A DNA stretch of 64,000 nucleotides, from contig CM059441.1 of the NCBI GenBank assembly GCA_030390025.1, positions 2,480,001 through 2,544,000 of the forward strand, given 5' to 3'. The notes under the pieces are model-generated. The model was not told where the DNA came from, did no database searches, and worked only from the letters and a program-made list of their open reading frames with translations. Of the stretch, positions 1 through 12,349 are shown piece by piece. Each line of letters begins with the position of its first letter. Position 1 is the stretch's first letter. The position numbers and the translations under genes are program-made. This DNA comes from Squalus acanthias (lineage: Eukaryota).

Positions 1-409
1 GAATTTCCAGCTTGTAGTGATGGTAAGGTTCAACGATGAAGAAGATAGCTGGCAAAACGTCAAACGATTCATTCTAAGGATAGTTCTTAACAATTTCAAA
101 GATCCGCACTTTGAGTAAAACATATAAGCACTTGGTAAAGTTTATGCCTCAATATCAGCACCAAAATGCAGAGGGGTCAGCACTGGGAAAATGTGAGATT
201 TAGGATCAAAAGGAGTGAAACAGATGGCAGACCCATTAGTCTTTATTTCCAAGAGTGAGATACAGCAAAAATAATTGACATTTTTTAAAAATGTATTTAT
301 TTTTATTTCTCTCCTGAAGCACCAACCCCTTGCCCGCCAGCACCTTACCAAAGTGACAAATGTTAATGTGAGCCTAGACACTGAGTAACGGCACATTATT
401 TTACTGCAA

Positions 410-590
410 GGAGCATCGCGGCAAGCCTCATCTTGTCCTGATCTGAGCTCCAGACACACGCAGCCTCCAGCAGGCATCACCAGATAGCGACCAGAAGCAG
501 AAACCTTGGCTGATTGACATCAGGTAACTCCGCACAGAACCTGGGGCCATGCCTGTCTGTATGGCTAAGCTACTAACCATGTGAACATAA
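410..590 (-). repeat. Degraded SINE-like interspersed repeat
   Basis: Reverse complement shares blocks (..gctatctggtgatgcctgctgg..caggacaagatgaggcttgccgcgatgc) with 21340-21690 and 2720-2890. Confidence 0.45.
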
Positions 591-1019
591 TTGAATCATC
601 CGAGACCCCGGGTTGCATTTTAAAACCAAAAATGAGCAAGTATCACTCCAAATGAATGATAATTGATAGTTCTGTACGGTAAACTGGATACATTGTATGA
701 CCTCCCCAGCAGAGAGGTTAGTGCCTCAGGGACAAAGCATTATGTTTTGGTGATGGAGAAGTAGTCATTTATCTGGCATTTCTGATGGGTACGGCTACAG
801 CAAGTAACATATATTTCTTGCACAAGCAATGCACATCTCCCATAAGGGCTAAAATCGAATGCCGAGGTTTTGGCTTTGGTCACCCTAACGTTCATGAATA
901 TTCAGAAAGCTTAAATTTAATCCCAATAATGCAAGTGTGCTATTGTAAAGCTCTGAGGTAAGATGCATAGAATTGTTACAGACCATTTAGCTAATTGTGC
1001 ATGTCGACTCTCTAAAAGA

Positions 1020-1590
1020 GTTATCCACTTACTACCATTCCCCTGCCCCTTCCCCGCACACTTTTAATGTTTTTCTTTTTTAATTATTTATCCACTTCCT
1101 TTTAAAAGCTGTTTCCTATCGGGCATTCCATGTCCTAACCGTCTCTGTGTGAAAAAACAATCTCCTAACTTCTCCCTTTACTCTTTTAATATTCATGTTC
1201 TCTAATTACAGAATCATCGACCAATGAAAATACTTTCTTTCTAATTAGCTTATCAAAGCTCCTCATAATTTTGAATACCTCAATCAGGTCTCCTCTTAAC
1301 CTGCTTTATTCTAGTGAAAAACAGCCCTAGTGTCTGTAGTCTCTGGGGCCTTAGTTTCTCTGAAGCCTCCAAGCAGGCATCATCTTAGTGAATCCCCTTT
1401 ATAGCCTTCTCAATGCCTTGACAGTTCTCCTAAAGTAGGGCATCCAGATCTAGACACAATATAATATCTGCAAACTAACCAATGATTTGTACAGGTTTCT
1501 CATTACCAGTTTGCATTTATATTTTATGCCCCCGTTTATAAAACCTTGAATAACATATGCTTTTTTACAGCTTTATTAATTGTCTTGACC
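1020..1590 (-). mobile_element. Old CR1 LINE 3' fragment
   Basis: tttgaatacctcaatcaggtctcctcttaacc resembles the reverse complement of the RLRGDLIEVFK-coding 3' region of the other CR1 copies. Confidence 0.65.
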
Positions 1591-2719
1591 CCCCACCCAG
1601 ACTCTCTCCGTCCATTGGGTGGGGGGTTAAAATCGAGGCCATTGTTTCCGCAGATTCGTTTTGAACTTACCTCCCTTCTAGTGCAGGCCATGCCCTCTGG
1701 TTTTACTGTCCTGGACATGGGTGAATTACTGATGTAGAATCAGTATCTAAAGAATGGCTTTATACCAGTTTCTCACCACAATAGGTCACCTTTCAGTGTT
1801 TCCATTGGACACTTGAAAATTACGCTGGATTCATATCAGTTCAAAGTCCCCTGCATTAGTGGGGATAAAATAAAAATCTTACAGGAGTACCACGTTTGTG
1901 ACTGATTCCAATCCATTGTACTTCAGAGTCTAGCTGCTAAAGGGTGTAAATAAAATGTTTGTTTAAGCTCACTGGCAATGAGCAGCCATTTTCTCTCTAT
2001 GAAACTTGTACAGCAATTCCCTCTGGTTCGCAACAGAAGTGACTTGTTATATCTGGACCACTTATTGAATGACCCCATTGTTTTTGACTACGCACACATT
2101 TAAATAAACTAAACTGCAATTAAACTTCGAGCCAAGGGTCTTCACAGATCAGGTTCCCTTTTTTCCAATACGTAACCAATTCATTTAATTCTAATTTGCC
2201 TGCAAAGAAAACTGAAATGCGCAGCTGTGCAATTTAAATCACATTAAATTAACTCAAGCAGGTTTTAAATTGAAAACACTGAGATTTTTCAAACTTTTAG
2301 CAGGTTGAAGTTGTGAAGTGAAGCAGAGAAACACGTGAATGTTGCATTCATCAGAATTATTCACAGCAACACAAAATGCTTATTATCTGCTGTTGTGGAT
2401 CTAAATATTTCATTTTGCCAATTTTCATGAATCTTCAGAATCTCATTCTCAATAAGCTGCTGATCAATTTCAGAATTAATGTATGTATTTAAAACAAACT
2501 ACAATTCCTACATTTTCAGCTTGTTTTCAAAACTGGATGATCACCAAATTAACGGATAAGAAATGGGCACCTGTACATTTATTTTCTGAAAGTATTTCAC
2601 ACCCGCTAAAAGCCCTAGTAATGGAGATAAATGCTTTCCTTCCTCCTCTTTTTCTGCTGGTTTTTCCCCCTCCTGTCCTCCTTTCCTGAACGTATTGACT
2701 TTGTACCGATGTACAGTTC

Positions 2720-2890
2720 CACAGGCACTGTTCACCCTCGGCTACTCTACCATGTGGTCATCCTTCATGTGTCACCGTAGACAAATATAGCCAGCAGGTT
2801 ATTAGACTGTGGGGTATTACAGTTGAGCCCAATCTTGTCCACACTGAATGTCTACTTCAAGCAGGCTCAATAGATAGCAATCAGCAGCAA
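2720..2890 (-). repeat. Degraded SINE-like repeat, same family as 21340-21690
   Basis: acagttgagcccaatcttgtccac matches the reverse complement of gaagacaagattgggttcagctgt near 21555-21580. Confidence 0.45.
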
Positions 2891-3546
2891 GACTTGAAAT
2901 TGTAACATACTTTAACCCAATTATCTCTGGAGAAATATTATAAAGTAACAGCTACATTATTAATCAGAGGCAATCTGTCTAAGTAACACCAAACTCTCCT
3001 TCCCAATAGAAAATTCAGCTCACGGCACACTACATAATCCAAATGATGCATTCGGTCTCCATTAACTCTTATCTGATTAATTGGTCTCAATTGCGAGCTC
3101 ACATGCAGGTACATGTGGCATTTTGCTTGAAGCTCAGCAAAAATGAATAACAATGTGCAAGGTAGTCCAAGCTCCACTGTACATGCCGTGTAGCATTTCA
3201 GGCTTTTATTTGGATGAGCTATGCTTTAAAAAAAAAAAATTGCTACTTCAATTTTGCGATATCAGCTTGTGCAAATGATTTTTCCTGTAAACTTGCCCCT
3301 CTGAGCCAAATGTTCTCTGGTAGTTGCAATGTTATGCATTTAATAGTATTAATTGCTAATGTTCTCACTCAAAACAAATCTTCTTCTGTGGCAACTGTAC
3401 GGAGGATATATCTTGCAATGTTAAACCTAATGGTTCTTGAGTGTACAGAGAGACCTGCAGAATAAGCACTGAAGCAGCAAAAGGTAAGCCGGGACTTTTC
3501 TTAAGTTTGTGCACAGCTAGCAGTGGGAGACAGTAACATCTGATTT

Positions 3547-3740
3547 AACAACAGAAAACGCTGGAAAAACTCAGCAGGCCAGGCAGCATCCGTGGAGAGG
3601 GAAACAGAGCTAACGTTTCAGCTCGAAGACCTTTCGTCAGAACTGGAAAAAAGCAGGAAATGAAATAGATTTAAAGCAAGTATAATGCTGGGAAAAGGGG
3701 GAGGGGATGAAAGAACAAAAGGCAAGGTCAGTGATTGACT
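3547..3740 (-). mobile_element. Penelope-like family A, 3' terminal fragment
   Basis: Closely similar to 28183-28360 (aacaacagaaaacgctggaaaaactcagcaggccaggc...), the end of the RT/GIY-YIG element. Confidence 0.85.
3608..3644 (-). ncRNA. Minimal type I hammerhead ribozyme motif (PLE family A)
   Basis: Minus RNA: AGUU-CUGACGA-A-AGGUC UUC GAGCU-GAAA-CG-UU-AGCU; core intact, one mismatch in stem II, palindromic AACGUU in place of stem III. Confidence 0.75.
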
Positions 3741-4559
3741 GATTGCTTCTAACAACCTTCAATCCCAATGTCCAACCTCTTGGCTCATACTGACAACTTC
3801 CAACCTCGGTGAAAAAAGCCTGAATTTTCTTATAAAATGCTGACAAGCTGACACATGGATAAAAATGTTGGCCCGGAACCTCCTGAAATCTTGTATCATA
3901 CCTCCACCCCCACAAAAGTTGAACAGAGAGACAACAAAGAAGGGACAAGCGGAAATGAAATGAGAGCAAACCCAAGGTGCAGGCATGAATCTGCCGGCAA
4001 CTGTCAATGCAGCCTGAGCACCTGAGCTCTGCTTGATGACTGAAGCGCCTGCATGAGGTGGTTGCATGGAGGGTGGTTTTCTTTGCCACTCTATGACATC
4101 ATCCGCATAGGTTAATATTGCAGCCTATCCGCAAGGGGCGGAGCAGGTTGGACACCACAGCTGACCAGTACTATCACAGGCTGTGTCAGTCCTCTGCTGC
4201 ACGTTAGCTGCAGGTGGCCTTGAAGCAGAGGCCACAGTTCTGCATCTGCCTCTCTGCTGACCCACGTGCTGTGAAGTCAGTTCCTTATGGTTAGCTCAAA
4301 GTTGGTGCAATAATGCCTCCAGGTAGTAGCATCTTGGGGGGTGAGGTCACTGAAAGCATGACATATATTGTGATTAGGGTGCTTCCAAGGGACCATCCAT
4401 TGCTATGGTTACTGAAGCATTCCATTTCTCACTTATGCCATTGGTCTGCTGCCCAAGATTCCTTTGGAACTAGCAGCCTCTGCCTATACTAAACATCTAC
4501 CAATACTAGGTCTGCTCACCTCTGTCTACATATGCGGGCGTACAAGGACTATGCGATGG

Positions 4560-4680
4560 CCTCAGAGCACTTTGCATGCAACCTGACCTGCCTGGAATAT
4601 CTTGGTTGGACCACCTCTTCTTGCCACTGCCTCCAATAGGGTCCTGACACAAAGGCCCATGAGAACCCAAGTGCCAGAAC
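4560..4680 (-). pseudogene. Harbinger Myb/SANT-like gene remnant
   Basis: Decayed ALGFS...RTLLEAVARR resembles the start of the Myb domain at 41854. Confidence 0.35.
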
Positions 4681-5005
4681 AATAGAATAAAAATGATTAC
4701 GAATGAGTGAAATATATTTAGGCGAACATTACTGTTTCCTTTCCATGACCGTGCACCATTATCACATGGATGTGATTACAAATGAACATCCTGCTTGCCA
4801 GCATGTCAGGATCTAATCAGAATATCTGAACTGCCGGCCTAATGTGTTGCAGATAAACTCTGGTGATCTAATTGGGAAGCTTTTTCATCCCCAAAGGTGG
4901 CTTCATTGTTCATTTCAGGGCCGTCATGCACTGTGGATAAGTGACCGCTGATACACAGATTGCTGCAGGATAAATTACTAGTTTATTATTCCTATAAATG
5001 CTTAC

Positions 5006-5032
5006 CGTGTGCAATATTACAGATCTCTATAA
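5006..5032 (-). other. Candidate 27-nt phase-1 microexon (xIEICNIAHx)
   Basis: Pyrimidine tract of more than 50 nt, then cctgccag acceptor and G|gtaagc donor; only one frame is open. Confidence 0.4.
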
Positions 5033-7042
5033 CTGGCAGGTTAAAAAAAAAAGATAATGAAGCAAGGAGAGAACAAAGAAGACTGAAGAACTAGCACAAT
5101 GGTGCTGTGCTATGGAGTGGTAGATCATGGGGCCTTCACAGCAATTTCCCCCACACTGAGTTTCCAATTGTAAATGTGTCATCCAAGAGAAGTGGGAGAA
5201 AAAGCTAGAATAAAGTCCGACAGGGAAGAGACTGCACGCTATCACTTGCTGAATGGAATGTGTCCTTTTCAGAGCCATTGAAACGCTTGAGATAGATGCG
5301 TTCAAACTTATGCTGTCTGCCTCTGTCCGAGTGTGCTTGTAGGAAAATCCATGGAGATTTTGAAAAATACTGCGAAATAAAAGTAAAAATGAAAGATCGT
5401 AAATTGTGAAATGGGAAAAAGGCTACTCAGTTCGTTGAGCCTGGTCCCTTCAGTGCACCATGTAGAATCTGCAATGCAACACGTACAATTTACACTCTCA
5501 GCAATTTCTTCAACCCTAAGGAAGATGAATAGCAACAGGTAAAACATACAAGAGAAAACTCCATGAAATTTTACACTGGCCCTTGAAAGTAATTGAAAAT
5601 TCCAAGATATCCATCTCGCATCATTTCTACCGTACACAGATGATGTTCCCAGCATTCCAACAGGAGTCACAGGGATTGGAAATCTAATCAGAGAATCGGG
5701 CACAGAGGTCTGCAATGTGCCCAAAGTGACCAGCTCAGCCCGAAGTGGGCAGCCAGCATGAAGAGCGCCGAGAACCTGCGCGCAGGCTGTCCTCAAGGCT
5801 CCTTGGGCCTCTGAAAAAATATAAAAATTAGGGGGCTGTCCCATAATAGCACTGGAGCACACAAACAGCTGAATGGTACTGAAGGAGCACGCCACTGAGA
5901 AAGACAAAAGAAATGGTACTCTTGCCTAGTTCCAGTTGCCACCATGCCCCCATGTCCAGTGCTACCCTGCCCTGTGACATGAATCTGTCATTCATGAAAG
6001 AAAGACTTATGAAATAATACTGAGTGGCCTGCGGGTGGCGCTGTCCAGGGAGAGTATAAATATGCGGGCATGGGCCCAGCTTGCGCAGGACATTCTTAAC
6101 AGGAACTAGTGAAGGACACAACTAGACCTCCATGTTGTAAAACATTTGATTAAAGCTTTGTTTAACGCTTAGACCAAGTGCCTAGTAGTTTTCTTACATC
6201 ACCCTGTTTATCACCTGTGCCCCAATTTATCTGGTAAGGTCAGTTCCCTCTTGCACAGGCACAGGTAGCACTTGAACAGCATCCGCACATTGCGCTATAC
6301 AGGAGGTTGTATTATCGGTTCCATAATGCCCACAGGGTATTTGAATATCTATATCTGTACTTAATCTTGTGACCATTAATCCCTTTCACAAGTCTAGGAA
6401 TAAGAGGTTGAAATTGCTCTGTGCACCATTAGCAAGGAATGTGTTAATCCAAGATTGAAACAGAAAAATTTCACACAAACATGTTAAAACATGCTACTAG
6501 TATCATACGGTCTGACTTCAACCCCAAGATCCCTACAATCACTCCTTTTAGTTTTTGCTCATGTTGAATAATGGCACTGTTCCTTCTGCCAGACAGGGTA
6601 TTAACATACTTAGTATTGTAAAACTCGGAAATGCACCTTTGCCTGTACCGACAGTGTGACCCTGCTGTGACAATTAAATATGCCTCAAAGTTATTTAAGC
6701 TCACTGCTGTGCTATAAAATTACTGGTAAAATTGATTCCATTGTAACGTGCGTTCACTATGACAGAGAAAATGTAATGAAGTGTGTTACATTTTAACATT
6801 TTATGCCAACCATCATACTCGGGTACAATGTCACTGACCACTTCAGTAAGTGAACCTCACATGCCCTATAATCCGGAGTGTGCTCCGATCTGCCCAATAT
6901 TTAGATAAATAGTAACAGGACGCAGGAATCTAACAGAGAATCTTTGTCACTCCAAACCAGTTACTGGAATGCATTACATGTCATCCCATGTTGTTTCCCT
7001 CTCTTCAGGAGGTGGATGGAATATCCACTGTATGAGACCAAG

Positions 7043-8776
7043 GGGGGAATTTTTTGGGGGGTCAGAGGGTGCATTTGCTGGTGGGTTGGCTGGGAAAAAA
7101 ATGTTTTTGACAGCGGGTAGGGAACCCGCTGTCAATCCACCTCCACACTAGTCTCCCAGATATCGGGTCTGCCATTGCTGAACAGACACAACACCAAGCG
7201 GCGGGCGAGGCAATTTAGATTATTAATAGCTTGCTAACAGGCACTTAAAAACTATTTTAAGCTTACCTATAGATTTTTATAGTTTGCCAACAGCTTTCCC
7301 ACTGCTCAGGGATCATGTCAGGTAAGCAGGTCGGGTGTTGTGTCACCATGGGATGATTTCTAAACTTGACAGCTGCAAATGTACTATAAAAGCTCCCATC
7401 TCACAGCTGTTCACTTTCCAAGGTTAGAAGCTGTTGCTTACTGCAGTTGGAAGACAGATTGAGCTTTATGCAGCTTGCAAGTGTTTGGAGCAAACTCTCA
7501 TTGGAACAACCTCTCTCACCATTGACAGATCACTTCTGTCATCTCAACCTCACCTGCCATCTATTCCATTAGCATCGGTGCCCTTGAAACTATCTCACCT
7601 TGGTCCTCAGAATCCCACCGCGATCAGCCCCAACACCAGCAGCACCAGGCACACCAGCAGCACCAACAACTACACCAAACTTCTCCGCAATCAGCTGGTG
7701 CTGCACAGGACACAGGGCATCAGCACCCAACCACATTGCTGCCCGGGACCATGGCCAGATATACTTCACTTGACGCTGTATACCCTGGCTGCCACAAGAT
7801 GCACCAGGTTGGCACCACCCCACACCAACAACATAAAGCATCCCTACAATGCCCGAGCCATTCCTTTCACACTCATCGCCATTGCAGAGGGTACCGTTAT
7901 GTCTCACCATTCACTGCAACTCACTAAGCCATTTCCAAAGGTGCACACAAATCTGTCCAAGAACACAAAGTGTCAAAAATAAAGATTTCAATGTTTGACA
8001 GCACATTAACAGAAACTTCACATGAACATTGGCTAAAACACACAAGTGCCTATCCTTGTGTGTTGTTAGTTGGTATGATTAGACTAGGATGAGGGTGAGT
8101 GTGAGAGGTGGCTACTGAAATGGGGAGGGATGGGTGGAGGTGCAAGGTAAGTTGGTGTGAGTAAGGATGTGCAGGAGTAGGGTAGGGAAGGCAGAATGAT
8201 GGGGATGTTATGAATGGCACAGCAGGATGAGGTTGAGTGTGGCTTTGCAGTAACGTTTCGTGATCTACTGAGATCATTGAAAGATTTGCGCCACTGCAGC
8301 CTGGTCCTCCTGATGACATCCCTGCTTGTGCCCTCCTGTGCAATGTGCAACCAGGCTGTGTTGGTCTCCTGGGGACGTGTCTTCTGTCCATTGGAAGGGA
8401 AGAGAACCTCCCTGTGTGCTGTGACTCCCTTCATAAGCATATGGAGGGAGTCATGGGAGAGCCTGGGTGCAGCTGTGCACCTCTGTGCAGTGATTGTCAG
8501 TGTTTGCAGCACCTCAATGCTGTAGAACCCTTACAGCACAACTGTCAAAATCAATTTGCGCATGATCCCTTTAAGGAAACCGGCTGATGACGCGTCATCA
8601 AGTGACGTCATCAGACCCACTTCCTTCAGTTGGCTGGGAAACACGCTGGGTGGGGCTTAACAAGCCCAATCAATGTAAGATCACTCTACAGAGTGGGCTG
8701 GAGCCAGCGGCAGGGTTGCACCCCGCCACCGACCCCAGCCGCACCAGACCCGCCTAGGTAGGCGAAACTGCAGCCC
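7043..8776 (-). mobile_element. Non-autonomous PIF/Harbinger element carrying a Myb/SANT exon
   Basis: GGG-starting imperfect TIRs, AAG flanks at 7040-7042 and 8777-8779; homologous to 41647-42605 and 11466-12455. Confidence 0.75.
8250..8490 (-). pseudogene. Myb/SANT-like DNA-binding domain of Harbinger ORF
   Basis: APRLSHDSLHMLMKGVTAHREVLFP...AWLHIAQE...RRTRLQWRKSFNDLSRS. Confidence 0.7.
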
Positions 8777-10264
8777 AAGACTCAGTCCACAAACCAACAG
8801 ACAATTTATTTAATCAAAGCAGGTAATGGAACAGAACTCAGTGCCAAACCGCATATGTTGCAATAATTACAAACGTTTGTATCCTTTTCAACATATCAAA
8901 ATGATAGTTACATCTCCTTGAGCTATCCCTCTGTATACTATGAACCTTGAAAACTGATGATCACTTCTCACGTGGTCAACCACTACCAAAGAGTCAATCG
9001 TAGACTGACTAACTAGGCTCAACTAGGCTTAATCCCTGTGACGCCCAATTGGAGGTTTCTGACCAAAGGACTGCAAATCAAAGAGATTAGAGATCATCTT
9101 TAACCCTATCCCTTTCACAGGTGTCAGACAACTGTCAGTCAAAACCATCACTTCAGGGTTCTTGATCCTTTGATCTGTGACAGATAACTGGAACTAACAT
9201 GGTTCAAGATCTGGGCCATGTACTTTGAATACCTGCGAGGGCTGGCAATTTACAAATTGTCTAGCTATCTATCAAGAACACAGTCAAGACACCAATGAGT
9301 CTGCATTCAATTGACATTAGCATATTAAATACTCCTTTGACCAAAATCAAGGCCCAGTCGCAAATGAACAGATCTTGCATGAAATCTGTGCCTTGCCAAA
9401 ACAGCACCTGGAAACCATCATTAATTCTATGTGTACTGTTGCCAGTAATATTAGTAATCTAATACAGAAAAAAATACATTCTTGTCACATCGTAACACAT
9501 GGTGTGATGGTGGCCGTTATACTCATACAGCTTGCATGAAGCAAATTTTAAAATGTAGCATGTAAGTAAATGCAATGATCATGTTGAAAACGTTATTCCT
9601 TTTACAGCATCAATACTGATTTTGTAAAAAATTGGGGAAAAAAAGTACCTTTGTATGTATTAAGCTACTTAACATCTGGTCAGTAAGTAAAACACATTTG
9701 CTGGTACAGTTCAAGTGGTGCATAAATGTTTATCCAAAAACAGCTGGGGCTAATCCTATGAATTCACATTTCTGGCTAAGAAGGGCCCAGGCTAATGAAA
9801 GTGAACCAATAAGCTTCCAATCCTCAGGCACTGGATGTGACAGAAACAATATCACTCATCTTTTTTAACTCTTTTCAGTCTTGATGGTACCTTTCGGTAC
9901 GGGAATCAGCCCTTCTTCTAAGTTTCTCAATTAGGAAAAAAGATTAACCATTCTGTAGATATCTTTCATAAGTATTATAACTGTTTACTGTCCAATTAAT
10001 CTGCTGGCAAAAAGCTTATCCAATTATGGACTTTAAAAAGGAGACGCTATCATCTGAATCTGTTCTAGTTCCTGCAAAGTGCTAAAAGTTGTTGCCTTTT
10101 TTCCTTCATGAAGTCCTTAAATATTAGATTTTTAAAAAATATTCCACCTTTCTTTTAGAAACCAGGCATTTTCCATCTATTTGTAGACTGTTATGATTCA
10201 TCTCACCCTGTGTTCCAGTCAGAGGACTACCCCACATTCCAAATGAGCCAAGGAAGTGGGAACT

Positions 10265-10510
10265 TTAGGTTTTAAAAATGGACAAGACTCTGTCCATGTG
10301 GATAGGCTATTTGAATTACATAGGTCAGAGAAAACAAGGGGTCATGCCTATAAGTTATGTAAGCATAGAATTAGGTTGGACATCAAGAGGTTTTTATTAG
10401 CACAGAGGCCATCGACCGTCGGAACAAGTTGCCAGCTTGTGCAGTGAGTGTGGCTTCACTACAAGTGTTCAAATGTGAACTGGGCGAGTTGGCTAATTCT
10501 GATATCACTG
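10265..10510 (+). mobile_element. Old CR1-like LINE 3' fragment
   Basis: TRGHAYKL...RLDIKRFLLAQR, CR1 ORF2 C-terminal motif. Confidence 0.65.
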
Positions 10511-11149
10511 CATAAAAAAAGGTGGGCGAGATGCTGGGTGATGTGTCTCACTGTGGTGTCCTGGAACTCATTTTGATCACCATGAGGAGTCGGAGAGGAA
10601 TTTCCTGGAATTCTTTTTTTCACACACACTCTCTCCCATTGTGCTCCACTCCCTATACGTACACTTTCGCTCGCTGTGCTCCAACAACAAGGAAACACAG
10701 AAGACACTTATATGAAGAAACACAGTCCCCAAGATCCTGAGGCATCTGTTTTTAATTTCTAATATCTGCATGCGATCTTTCTGAAACAATCTTGCTAATT
10801 TAACTGGAGGATTCAGATTGTAAATATAATTCTCGTAACACTGAAAACTAGAGTAGCTTTGGGGGGAACAAAATTGCCTTAACTTCTGAGGTTTATTTTT
10901 GCCAATTTTATCAATAAAAATGTAGAATTTTCCTGATACATTCATAATCACTTGTTCCTTCATGAATTATCTTGTGCTCAGTATTTTCAGCCAAAGCAAT
11001 TCATTCAACCCAATGTTAGAATTGTTCATTGCTCTTCAGGGCTTCAGTGTGCTTTTAAGATATGTAAACCTGCCCAAATGTATATTGAAACCATGAACAT
11101 TAGTCACTCATTTCTTCATAGCTTTATTCTATTTTGCCTAAATCCAGCC

Positions 11150-11465
11150 CGGTTCCATTCTTATCTATCCAGTTGTAGCCAGAGAATCGCCTGCAATGGC
11201 TTCCCTTCCTGCTCCTACATCTGGTGTCCCCCAAGGATCTATTCTTCATCCTCTCCTATTTCTCATCCACATGCTGCCCCTTGGCGACAGCATCTGAAAA
11301 CACAACATCAGGTTCACATGTACACTGATGACACTTAGCTTTACTTCACCACCATCTCTCTCAACCCCTCCACTGTCTCTAATTTGTCACACTGCTTGTC
11401 CAACATCCAATATTGCATGAGCAGAAATGTCCTTCGACTAAGGATTGGGAAGACCGAAGTCATTG
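11150..11465 (+). mobile_element. L2 LINE RT fragment
   Basis: Homologous to 50620-50950 on the minus strand (GVPQG, HMYTDDT, LRIGKTEVI). Confidence 0.75.
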
Positions 11466-12172
11466 AGGGGCATTTTGCGTGGGTCAGCGGGCGCAATCGG
11501 TGGTGGGTCGGGTGGAATTAAAAAAGCCGCCTCCAAGCTAGTCTCCCAGATGTCGGGTCTGTCATCGCTGAACAGACCCGACACCAAGCGGCGGGGGAGG
11601 CAACTTAGATCATTAGAGAGATTGTTAAGAGGCACTTAAATAGTATTTTAAGTTTACCTTTCAATTTTACATGTTCCCCCATGGCTTCCCCACTGCTCGA
11701 GGATCACGTCAGCTCAGCATGTCGTGAGTGGATTCAGCACTGAATTATCTGATTACCTGACAGCTGCAAAAGTTGTATAAAAGCTCCCATCTCACAGCTG
11801 TTCACTTTCCAAGCTCAGAAACTGTTGCTTACTGCATTTGGAAGACAGATTGAGCTTTATGCAGCTTGCAAGTGTTTGGAGCCAACTCTCTATCCAGTGA
11901 CACCTCATTGGAACAATCTCTCTCAGCTGTTTATTTTTCCACAGCGGGTCGGGACCCCGCTGTAAACCCGCCGCCACGTGCCTTTCCCAAATGTCGGACC
12001 AGTCATCGCTGAGCAGACTCGACACGCAGCGCCAGGGGAGGCATTTCAGGTCATTATGACCTTGTTAACAAAGGATTAAGAAGAACTTGAGATGACAGAA
12101 GCAATCTGTCAATGGTCAGAGATGTGAGAAGTCGCACAACACCAGGTTATAGTCCAACAGCTTTATTTGAAA

Positions 12173-12209
12173 TCACAAGCTTTCGGAGCGCTGCTCCTTC
12201 GTCAGGTGA
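12173..12209 (-). ncRNA. Minimal hammerhead ribozyme motif (PLE family B)
   Basis: UCAC-CUGACGA-A-GGAGC AGC GCUCC-GAAA-GC-UU-GUGA. Confidence 0.8.
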
Positions 12210-12312
12210 AGTGAAGAGATGCATATAGGCATAGCATATATAGTCAGAGAACACTGCCAGATGATTACAGTTAATCTTTCTAACTGCCCTATATGCATCT
12301 CTTCACTTCACT

Positions 12313-12349
12313 TCACCTGACGAAGGTGCAGCGCTCCGAAAGCTTGTGA
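12313..12349 (+). ncRNA. Minimal hammerhead ribozyme motif, opposite polarity
   Basis: UCAC-CUGACGA-A-GGUGC AGC GCUCC-GAAA-GC-UU-GUGA, one stem II mismatch. Confidence 0.75.

Noticed and set aside
5308-5907. 199-aa minus-strand ORF as a single-exon gene
   Set aside because: No recognisable domain; it runs through several intron-like pyrimidine tracts
6861-6929. 69-nt candidate exon IPASCYYLSKYWADRSTLRIIGH
   Set aside because: Splice sites are only moderate and the peptide is not recognised; could be chance
8800-11000. Possible very old L1-like remnant on the minus strand
   Set aside because: Only faint motifs (SDH, LRILG, GLHEG); too decayed to support
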